Made by a program: the position numbers and the translations under genes. A model generated the notes under the pieces. The model worked only from the letters and a program-made list of their open reading frames with translations, made no database searches and was not told where the DNA came from. This document shows, piece by piece, positions 1-8,844 of a DNA stretch of 64,000 bases (positions are counted from its first letter, which is position 1; each line of letters begins with the position of its first letter). The DNA comes from a virus (lineage: Duplodnaviria > Caudoviricetes), in the IMG/VR virus record IMGVR_UViG_3300033121_000719, positions 32,001 to 96,000 of that record; one strand, written 5' to 3'.

Positions 1-243
1 ACATACGTAGCGGATTTTGTAATAACATACCAAGACGGAACCGTTGAGGTAATAGATACTAAAGGCTTACCAGATAGCGTTTCAAAAATAAAAAAGAAAT
101 TATTCCACTATAAATATCCAGGCGTAAAATATACGTGGATAAGTTACAGTAAACAGGATGGTGGATGGGTTGAATATAAAAAATTATCTTTAGCGAGAAG
201 TAAGAGAAAAAGAGAAAAGAAAAAGGTTGATAAAAATGGCTGA
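1..243 (+). CDS. DUF1064-like PD-(D/E)XK nuclease, 5' truncated by the window edge
   Basis: Frame 1 reads TYVADFVITYQDGTVEVIDTKGLPD...KKKLFHYKYP to TGA at 241-243; not in the ORF track. Confidence 0.7.
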   Translation, partial: TYVADFVITYQDGTVEVIDTKGLPDSVSKIKKKLFHYKYPGVKYTWISYSKQDGGWVEYKKLSLARSKRKREKKKVDKNG

Positions 244-1240
244 TAAACACGTTTACAACAGAATATACACCAAAGAAGAATTTGATTTAGTCAATAAAAA
301 GAATATAGATATTATAGATGATTTTCTTGAGGAATATACTCAGAGAAAAATAAAAAAAACAACACTATATCAATATTATAATGATTTAAGAATAGTTGCT
401 CTTTTTGTTAGAAGATTTTGTGATAACAGATCGTTTTTAGAACTCAATAAAAGAGATTTTCGCAAAATGAGCATTTGGCTGAACGATGAGTGCAAAATGT
501 CGTCAGCAAGAACAAACAGAGTTATGTCAGCTTGTAGATCAATGTTGACATACATTGAAGATAATGATGACTATGAATATAATAATAACATAGCCAAAAA
601 GGTTAGGGGGCTGCCAAAAGAAGCAGTAAAGACAAATGAAGATGATTTCTTTATGTCTTTTGAACAGATAATGAAGGTCAGAGAAGAACTTTTAAAAAGA
701 GATGAGATTCAATTATGTCTCTTACATATGATATTCTTTGATAGTGGCGCAAGAAGAAACGAAGTTTTTCAAATTCAGAAATATAACCTTCTTGATAGCA
801 ATAAAACTAATTTAGTTATTGGTAAAAGAGGTAAAACTTTTCCATTAGTTTATATGGATGATACAAAAGAACTTATAAAATTGTGGCTTGAAAAAAGAGG
901 TGAGGACGATATAGATTCTTTGTGGGTAACTTATAATGGTTCTGTAAAAAAGAAGGCATCATATAATAATTTATATGAGTGGACTTTAAAAATACGAAAT
1001 ATTTTAAGTGAAATTGAAGGAAAAGAAATACGGATATTTCCACATAGTTATCGTCATAGTCGTTGTGAATCTCTTTTGCAAGGGACTGATACAAGAATTA
1101 TTGATAAAGAAACTGATCTTCCAAAAAAATTTCCTTTAGAACAGGTTCAAATATTTTTGCATCATGAAAATCCATCAACCACACAGGGATATGCAAAAGA
1201 TCATAGTGAAGATTTAATTAATGAAATGTTTAATATATAA
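236..1240 (+). CDS. Tyrosine recombinase (integrase family) upstream of the tape measure gene
   Basis: Catalytic motifs SGARRNE, FPHSYRH, LHH..PSTTQGY; ATG at 236. Confidence 0.85.
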   Translation: MADKHVYNRIYTKEEFDLVNKKNIDIIDDFLEEYTQRKIKKTTLYQYYNDLRIVALFVRRFCDNRSFLELNKRDFRKMSIWLNDECKMSSARTNRVMSACRSMLTYIEDNDDYEYNNNIAKKVRGLPKEAVKTNEDDFFMSFEQIMKVREELLKRDEIQLCLLHMIFFDSGARRNEVFQIQKYNLLDSNKTNLVIGKRGKTFPLVYMDDTKELIKLWLEKRGEDDIDSLWVTYNGSVKKKASYNNLYEWTLKIRNILSEIEGKEIRIFPHSYRHSRCESLLQGTDTRIIDKETDLPKKFPLEQVQIFLHHENPSTTQGYAKDHSEDLINEMFNI

Positions 1241-1271
1241 TGATAGAGAGATTCATTCTCTCTAAAGGAGG

Positions 1272-4200
1272 ATGAATATGGCTGTTGATATGTCAAGGCG
1301 TTATCACGTCAAGGTTCTTTTAGAAGGTGATGTAAAAGAATTAGAAGAAAGTTTAAAAAATAGACCACCCATAAAATATAAAGCTACACTTGGGGCTGAT
1401 ATAGATACAGATGCCGCTGACTACAAAATACAAATGTGGACTAATAGATTGACCAAAATGACTTCTGGCAAACTGTTGAATATTGGTCAATTTGATTTGA
1501 TGGATAGAAATAGGATAACGCAACAAGTAAATGAATTACAAAATTTAATTGGTGGGTTTGGAGTTAAGGGTGGCCCATCCGTAAAGGCAGTTGAACTTGC
1601 TTTTAGCAACTTAAGTGCGGCAATATCTGTTACTGATAAAAATATGAAGGCACATAAAAAGTCAAGTGATGATCTAACTAAATCACAAAAACAACAAGAA
1701 GCCGCCACGCAAACCTTAAATCATCAGGTTAATACCTATGAAGACCAAATAAAAAGAATGTCCGCAAGACAGCCAGCAATTTTCAATACTGAAGAAGTAA
1801 AAAAAGCTGTTGAAGAGTTTAGGCAACTTGCCACTGTGGCAAAAGCAACTGGAAACTATGAAAACTTAAAGAAAAATTTAGATAATTTATCAGAATCTTT
1901 TAATCACATAAAAACTAAGGCAACTGAAGCTGGCGGAGCTGTTTCTAAGCAAAACATGACTTGGGCTAACTTTGGCGAAATGATAAAAATAGCAATTAAA
2001 AAACTATCAGCGTGGGCTATTGCGACTGAAATTCTTTTTGAGGTAAACAAACAGTTTAAACAAACAGTAAAGTATGTGACTGATTTAAATACTGAAATGA
2101 CAAAGATTTTAATGGTTACTGATTTGACAAAAAATCAAGCAAAAGAATTAGTTGAGAGCTACAAAGAGTTAGGTCGTGAGCTTGGTGTTACTACATTAGA
2201 GGTGGCTAAAGGCGCAATTGAATGGCAAAGGCAGGGCAAAAGCATAAGCGAAACAAAAGAACTTTTGAGAGACAGTGTTATGCTTGCTTCAATTGCAAAT
2301 ATGGATCAAGCAAAATCAACTGAATATCTTACCTCAATTATCAATGGTTATCAGTTGAGTTTGGATGAAGTAAAACCTGTTTTAGACGGGTTGATTGCAC
2401 TTGACAATAATTATGCAACCAGCGTTGAGGAAATTGCTCAGGCTATGCAGAGAGTTTCAAATATTGCAAATCAAGCTGGAGTTCCTTTAAAAAACTTAGC
2501 GGCTCAAATTACAGTTATATCTTCTGTTACAAGAAAATCAGCAGAATCTATTGGTGAATCATTAAAAACCATTTACTCAAGAATGCAAAATGTGAAACTT
2601 GGGAAATCTCTTGATGAAGAAGGTCAACGAATTAGTGATGTTGAAACTGTTCTCAGTAGACTTGGTGTAAAACTAAGAGATGATGTTACTGGTGAATTTA
2701 GAAACATGAATGATGTAATGGAAGAAACCAGAAAAATCTATAAGAAACTTATGGATGAAGGACAGACCACAAGAGCAAACCAATTAGTTACGGTTTTTGC
2801 TGGTATCAGACAGGCTGAAAACTTAAAAGCATTTTGGGGTAATCCTGATATTTATGAAGAAGCTCTTAATGTTTATGATGAAAACCTTGGAATTATGGAA
2901 GAAAAATACAAGGCCAAAGCTGAAAGTATTGAAGCATATAATAATAGAATAAGTGCTGGCTGGGAAAATACTAAGGCCGCATTTTTTCCAGAAGAAAGCT
3001 ATCTTCGTTTATTGAAATTTACTGATGGATTGCTTGCATTTACTCAGGCTTGGGGAAAACTTAATACAGAAATAGATAACAGTAATATTTTATTGCGCTT
3101 ATTTTCAAATATAGGCGGCCCTATATTAAGAGGCATAGGAACTGGAGCTGTAACTGCATTTCAACAAACACCAACTGATGAAATGACTCAGTATGCAAAC
3201 AGTGAAATAGGTAAAAGAAAAGAAAGAATTGAGAGAATTAAGCGCGGAGAAGAAGACTTGCTTGGCGCAACATCTCAACAATATAGAGATGAACAAATAG
3301 CTCAGCTAGAAGCTGAAATTGAAGAAATAAAAAAGACCATTCCAACAGAATATCAATATAAAGATTATGAAGATACTAGAGAAATGGAACGCCTTAAGGC
3401 CGCAAGCGGAATTGGTGATTCTTCAAAATCAAAACCTGTTATGCCAGATGAATGGTTTGACTTAGTTTCTAAAATGGAAGCTTTGACTGAAGTTGATAAT
3501 AAACTGTTAAAATTAAAAGCAGATTATGAAGAAACTGGAAAAATGACTTTTGACCAGCTTACTCAGTTGCAAGATGTTCTTCCAGATTCATATCTTCAAT
3601 TTGTAAAAGCTGAAGGCGACCAACTTATTTTGAATACTGATGCATTAAAAGAATATATGATAACTAAAGCTCATAATACGGTTGTAACAGCGGACGATAA
3701 CAATGCCTCAGAAGAACAATTAAACATTTTGATAGCCTACGAAAACCAACTTAGATCAGGAGTTATAGGTGCTGTAGAAGAAGCCGCTAAACAACAAAAG
3801 GCATACGACCATATCCTTCAACTTACGATCAATATGCTTAAGCAGTCAAAAGAAGATGAAAAGAAGGCACTTCAAGAAGAACTCAATAGATATAAAAAGA
3901 TTATTGATAATAAAAAGAAATTGCTTGATCTCCAATTAAAAGAACTTCAATATCAAAATAAGATTGAAGATAAGAATAAATCAATTTCAAAAATACAAAA
4001 TGAGTTGCTTGAATTACAAGTTGATAATAGCGAAGAAGCGGTCGCAAAAAGACTTGAACTTGAAGAAGAACTTGAAAAGCAAAATGAAGAATTGTCAGAG
4101 ATGCAAAATGAGCATAGCATTGAGATGCAGAAAGAAGCTCTTGACGAAGAATTAAGAAACTTTAGTCAAGCAATTGATGATAAAATAAGTGAAATTGATA

Positions 4201-4844
4201 ATTATCTCAACCATGAGGGTGAAATTACTCAACAAGCTATAGCTATGATTGGCAATATGTCTTATAATTTATACCAACAGTTGATAGACTATAATTATAA
4301 ATACGGTGATGGTAAGAAAGAAACAATTGATCTTGAGTGGAAGCAAGTTAGAGCTTTACAGGCAGTAAAAAACGCCGCTTATGAAGCTGCCGCCGCAATT
4401 AGTTCAGTTGATATGTGGAGTTATGAAAACGCACCTTGGGATTGGACTGGTAAACCAGAGACTGATCCATACAGTTATGAAAACGCACCTTGGGATTGGA
4501 CTGGTGAACCAATTGGATACCATCATGATGGAATAAAATCTGGAAAAGTTGGTAGAACACCAAATTTAAGACAAGATGAAGTATTAGAGATTCTTACTAG
4601 AGATGAAACTGTTTTGAAACCATCAGATATTAATAACTTGGTAAGTAAAATTCCAAGTTTAGCTGGCGGTAGAATTGGTTCTGGTGTTTCTTTTGATAAC
4701 TTAATAAATCTAACAATTCATGGAAATGTAACTGATAAAAATATTGCTGATATAAAAACAATAGTGAATGAAGCTGTTGCTAAACTGAATAAATCTCTTA
4801 CTGATAGGGGATATTCACCAAACGCTACTGTTTATTCAATTTAA
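1272..4844 (+). CDS. Tail tape measure protein (TP901-family core)
   Basis: 1190 aa, helical/coiled-coil; SAESIGESLKTIYSRMQ and VETVLSRLGVKLRD motifs typical of TMP cores; AGGAGG RBS. Confidence 0.9.
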   Translation: MNMAVDMSRRYHVKVLLEGDVKELEESLKNRPPIKYKATLGADIDTDAADYKIQMWTNRLTKMTSGKLLNIGQFDLMDRNRITQQVNELQNLIGGFGVKGGPSVKAVELAFSNLSAAISVTDKNMKAHKKSSDDLTKSQKQQEAATQTLNHQVNTYEDQIKRMSARQPAIFNTEEVKKAVEEFRQLATVAKATGNYENLKKNLDNLSESFNHIKTKATEAGGAVSKQNMTWANFGEMIKIAIKKLSAWAIATEILFEVNKQFKQTVKYVTDLNTEMTKILMVTDLTKNQAKELVESYKELGRELGVTTLEVAKGAIEWQRQGKSISETKELLRDSVMLASIANMDQAKSTEYLTSIINGYQLSLDEVKPVLDGLIALDNNYATSVEEIAQAMQRVSNIANQAGVPLKNLAAQITVISSVTRKSAESIGESLKTIYSRMQNVKLGKSLDEEGQRISDVETVLSRLGVKLRDDVTGEFRNMNDVMEETRKIYKKLMDEGQTTRANQLVTVFAGIRQAENLKAFWGNPDIYEEALNVYDENLGIMEEKYKAKAESIEAYNNRISAGWENTKAAFFPEESYLRLLKFTDGLLAFTQAWGKLNTEIDNSNILLRLFSNIGGPILRGIGTGAVTAFQQTPTDEMTQYANSEIGKRKERIERIKRGEEDLLGATSQQYRDEQIAQLEAEIEEIKKTIPTEYQYKDYEDTREMERLKAASGIGDSSKSKPVMPDEWFDLVSKMEALTEVDNKLLKLKADYEETGKMTFDQLTQLQDVLPDSYLQFVKAEGDQLILNTDALKEYMITKAHNTVVTADDNNASEEQLNILIAYENQLRSGVIGAVEEAAKQQKAYDHILQLTINMLKQSKEDEKKALQEELNRYKKIIDNKKKLLDLQLKELQYQNKIEDKNKSISKIQNELLELQVDNSEEAVAKRLELEEELEKQNEELSEMQNEHSIEMQKEALDEELRNFSQAIDDKISEIDNYLNHEGEITQQAIAMIGNMSYNLYQQLIDYNYKYGDGKKETIDLEWKQVRALQAVKNAAYEAAAAISSVDMWSYENAPWDWTGKPETDPYSYENAPWDWTGEPIGYHHDGIKSGKVGRTPNLRQDEVLEILTRDETVLKPSDINNLVSKIPSLAGGRIGSGVSFDNLINLTIHGNVTDKNIADIKTIVNEAVAKLNKSLTDRGYSPNATVYSI
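4419..4505 (+). repeat. Perfect 33-bp direct repeat within the TMP gene (SYENAPWDWTG x2)
   Basis: agttatgaaaacgcaccttgggattggactggt at 4419-4451 and 4473-4505. Confidence 0.95.
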
Positions 4845-4853
4845 CGTTAATGA

Positions 4854-4885
4854 TCCTTAGTAGGACTCTAAAGTCCTACTAAGGA
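4854..4885. other. 14-bp perfect stem-loop between TMP and Dit
   Basis: tccttagtaggact-ctaa-agtcctactaagga; no U-tract. Confidence 0.7.
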
Positions 4886-4908
4886 ATTCATAGAAAGGAG
4901 ATGTAAAT

Positions 4909-5709
4909 TTGGCCGCTAATTTTAAAGGATTAGAGTTTATTTTTGACAACAAAAGTTCAGACTTTTATGGATTGAAGTTATATAATTCAGATACTGGAAG
5001 TTCTGAAGGTGATGCTGGTTCAAAAGTTGAAATTCTTGAAAAAACAATTTTGAGAAAACCAAAAACAATTCTTTTTGGTACGAGTCAAAATACTCAACTT
5101 GAGTTTGACCTAATTATAGGAAGCACATCAGAAGTTGATGCTCAAACTAGAAGTGCGATTTCAAGATGGTTACTTGGTAGAAGTTCATACCTTCCACTAA
5201 GCATTGTCCAAGAGGATATGTTGTCAACAATTTATTATGTCATTTTTACAGAAATGAAACCAGTATTTTATGGGAATTTAAATTATGCTTTTGTTGCTCA
5301 TGCCAAATGTAATGCTCCTTGGGCTTATATGAGTCCAAAAACAAGCACATATAACTATAGTGGAAGTAGCATAGTTTCAACAACTATAAATTACAATAAT
5401 CTTTCAGATAATAATGATTACACTGATACAATAGTTTCTTTTACAATGAATGGTATTGGAAACTATTTTACAATTACGAATGTAACTGATAATAATAGAG
5501 TTTTTTCATTTACTAATATTTTACCATACGAGACAATAACTGTAAACGGGAATACTCTTGAGGTATATTCTTCAACTGGATTAAAAAGAGTCGATTCTTT
5601 CAATAAAGGTTTTGTCAGATTTGTGCCTGGAATAAATGTCTTGCAAATACAAGGTGGAATTAATCAATTAAGTTTTACCACTGAATTTGCAGTAAAAGCT
5701 GGAGGTTAA
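4909..5709 (+). CDS. Distal tail protein (Dit)-like
   Basis: Directly after TMP; C-terminal FVRFVPGINVLQI motif; beta-rich. Confidence 0.75.
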   Translation: MAANFKGLEFIFDNKSSDFYGLKLYNSDTGSSEGDAGSKVEILEKTILRKPKTILFGTSQNTQLEFDLIIGSTSEVDAQTRSAISRWLLGRSSYLPLSIVQEDMLSTIYYVIFTEMKPVFYGNLNYAFVAHAKCNAPWAYMSPKTSTYNYSGSSIVSTTINYNNLSDNNDYTDTIVSFTMNGIGNYFTITNVTDNNRVFSFTNILPYETITVNGNTLEVYSSTGLKRVDSFNKGFVRFVPGINVLQIQGGINQLSFTTEFAVKAGG

Positions 5710-5711
5710 CG

Positions 5712-7628
5712 ATGAATCAAGGTTTTGATTATTTTAATAGATACCAGATTCCAACCTTTACTCTTTGCAATCCTGATAAAACTCAATTATATATTTTGGG
5801 TGATATTTATGATAGAAAGCTAACTTTAAAATACAACGCAATATCAGAATTGTCGTTTACTGCAAAATCTGGTACTGCATATTATGATCTTTTGAATTAT
5901 AGAAGATTAATACATATTGAAGAATTTGGATACTTTATGATTACTGGAATTGAAAATGAATCTGATGGTATCCAAGACATCAAGAAAATAACAGCCCAAT
6001 CAATAGATGTTGAATTATATTACAGAAAATTGTCAAACTTTAAGGGAACTTATAAGTTTTATGACTATTTTAATCCATCTACAACTTTGATTGGGACATT
6101 ACTTGCATATTTACCAAATTGGAGTGTTGGAGTTATTGATGGTTCTCTTATACCATTGTATAGAACTTTTAATGAAACTGATACAACTATCTATGCTTTT
6201 CTAATCAACAAAGTTGAACAAGCGTATAAATGTGTTTTTGTTTTTGATTATGAAAACTATACAATTTCAGCGTATTCTCCAAGTACCGCTACGAAAAATA
6301 CTGATATTATATTGTCTCATAAGAACTTGATTGAAGATATAAAAATCAAAACATCAACAGATCAGTTGGTTACAGCGTTAAATGTGTTTGGAAAAGGCGA
6401 TCTTGATATTAGAACAGTCAATCCTCTTGGCACTGCAACTTTATATGATTTTACTTTTTATAAAAATGCTGAGTGGATGAGTGGTTCATTAATTAGTAAA
6501 ATAACCGCATGGGAACAACTGGTTGACACTTATCAACCAACATATGCAACAAAACTTACTGAATTAAAAAACTTATATGAAGAATTGACAATATTAAACT
6601 CTGAATATGCTGATTTAAAAGCTGACTATAACTCTCTTGATGGCGTAAGAAAAGCTAGAATAGAACAGGGAAATTCAGACCTGTCTGGAATTACAGCCCA
6701 ATGTGAAGCCAAACAAGCAGAGATGGATTCAAAACAAGGACAGATAGATAATAAAAACACACAAATAACAGCCAAAAAAGCTGAACTTGTAGCGATAAAT
6801 GACCTACTTAAATTTGAAAATAATTTTACCGCTTCTGAATTGATTGAATTAAACAACTTTATTATAGTTTCTACATATCAAAACGAAAATTTTGTGCAGA
6901 CTGACACTATGACAAATGCTGAAATACAAGATATGGCTCAACAATTATATGACCAAGCCGCTGATGTTTTGAGTAGAATGGCTCAAGCTAGATATACATT
7001 TGAACTAAATGCGGTAAATTTTATTTTTGCCATAGAGTATGCAAGATCAACGATACAACTTGAACTTGGAAGTGTAATAAATCTTGAAGTTAGTGATGAT
7101 GTTTGGGCTTATCCAATCCTTCTTGAAATATCATTGAACTATGAAGACCCAAATGATTTTGAATTAACATTTGGAAATAGATTGAGACTAGATAATGGCC
7201 CAATGACGTTTGCTGATTTGCTTGGTTCAACAGTAAATAATAACCTTAAACTAGCTACTAATGATGTAAAATGGAATAGCTTTGATGATAACTATAAAGA
7301 TGGAGTTTCAGCATTATTGACTGAGGCTTTTGATGCTTCAAAAAATGCTATTATTTCAGCGACTAACCAAGAAATTAGAATAAATCAGAATGGTTTATTG
7401 GGAAGAAAATATATTGGCGTAGTTGCTGGAAGTCCAATTTACGATCCTGAACAATTGTGGATGATTAATAATCAAATTGTTTTCACAGACGATGCTTTCA
7501 ATAGTGTGAAATCAGCTATTGGTAAAATATCAACTTCAAGTGGATCGTTCTACGGCGTAATAGGTGAAAAAATTTATGGGAAAAATATAGTGAATTGGAA
7601 CTGTTATGATAATAACGAAATTTGTTGA
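5712..7628 (+). CDS. Tail spike/Tal-like protein, N-terminal part (prophage tail endopeptidase-like fold plus coiled coil)
   Basis: Follows Dit; ends shortly after EQLWMINNQIVFTDD...SAIGK...YGVIGE; appears to continue in the 8844 ORF. Confidence 0.75.
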   Translation: MNQGFDYFNRYQIPTFTLCNPDKTQLYILGDIYDRKLTLKYNAISELSFTAKSGTAYYDLLNYRRLIHIEEFGYFMITGIENESDGIQDIKKITAQSIDVELYYRKLSNFKGTYKFYDYFNPSTTLIGTLLAYLPNWSVGVIDGSLIPLYRTFNETDTTIYAFLINKVEQAYKCVFVFDYENYTISAYSPSTATKNTDIILSHKNLIEDIKIKTSTDQLVTALNVFGKGDLDIRTVNPLGTATLYDFTFYKNAEWMSGSLISKITAWEQLVDTYQPTYATKLTELKNLYEELTILNSEYADLKADYNSLDGVRKARIEQGNSDLSGITAQCEAKQAEMDSKQGQIDNKNTQITAKKAELVAINDLLKFENNFTASELIELNNFIIVSTYQNENFVQTDTMTNAEIQDMAQQLYDQAADVLSRMAQARYTFELNAVNFIFAIEYARSTIQLELGSVINLEVSDDVWAYPILLEISLNYEDPNDFELTFGNRLRLDNGPMTFADLLGSTVNNNLKLATNDVKWNSFDDNYKDGVSALLTEAFDASKNAIISATNQEIRINQNGLLGRKYIGVVAGSPIYDPEQLWMINNQIVFTDDAFNSVKSAIGKISTSSGSFYGVIGEKIYGKNIVNWNCYDNNEIC

Positions 7629-8844
7629 TGTAAAAATAGTTAGAACGAATCATAATCACTATAAAAATCTTGGTTATGACGCTAAATATAAAAGCGTCAT
7701 AACCATTCCAATAGAACATTTAACGTTGGGCAGTCACGTTGAGATTGAAGTTAAGTGCGATTATTGCGGTCTTATTATAAAAAAAATGTACAGGCAAATT
7801 ATAAAAGAAAGAAAAGATTCTGTTATAAAAAAAGATTGTTGTAAAAATTGCGCCAATAAAAAAAGAACAGAATCTAATCTTTTATTATATTATGTGGAGA
7901 ATACATTTCAAAGAGACGACATAAAACAAAAGATAAAAACAATATTGATAGAAAGATACGGATACGACAGCATCTCAAAAACAGAAGAAAATAAAAAGAA
8001 AATATCAGAAATATGGAAAAACAAACCTAAAAAAGAAAAAGATTTAATTGTATGTAAAATGATGGAAACACAAATAAAAAGATATGGAATGTGGTATACA
8101 AAGACTGAAGACTATAAAGAAAAAAAAAGAAAAACTTGTATAGAAAAATATGGCACAGATGATTTTTCAAGATCAGTAATTGTTAGAGACAAGTATAAAA
8201 ATACTATCAAAGAAAGATATGATAATGTTGATAATTATTTTGCAACTAAACAGTTTAAATCATACATAAAACAATATTGGATGCTTCTATATGGAGTAGA
8301 TCATTATTCAAAAACTGATAATTTTCATAAAAAAATTTGTTCATATTGGGATAATGTCACTGAAGATATACTAAAATATAAAAATGAAAAAACATCAAAA
8401 ACCGTAAAAGAAAGATATGGGGTTGATTATGTTTTTCAATTAGAATCTGTTAGAGAATCAATAAAGAACACTTCAAGAAATGGTTCTAAGCCTCAATATA
8501 AACTATATTCTATATTGAAAGAAATATTTCCAGAATATATGATTTCTTACAATTTTATTGATGCGCCATATACACTAGATATTTTATTATTTTTTGAAAA
8601 CATCAAGATAGACATTGAGTATGATTGTTCTTATTGGCACACACCAGAGTTGGACAAAAAAAGGGACAATATATTAATTGAAAGAGGGTATAAAATCTTA
8701 AGAATAAAATCAGGGAGAAATATTCCTGAACACGAAGATTTGAAATCTTCAATAAATATATTATTAAAAACTGAAGAAAAATACCTAGAATTATTTTTAA
8801 TAGATTGGAATGAAACTATATATAAAAAAAAGAGAGGTAAATGA
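7606..8844 (+). mobile_element. Putative free-standing homing endonuclease (Zn ribbon, KxxxxERYG repeats, DUF559/Vsr-like nuclease domain)
   Basis: CDYC..CCKNC; repeated ERYG/EKYG; C-terminal LDIL..IDIEYDCSYWH..DKKRD..RGYKILRI; Lys-rich and A-rich compared with flanking tail genes. Confidence 0.75.
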
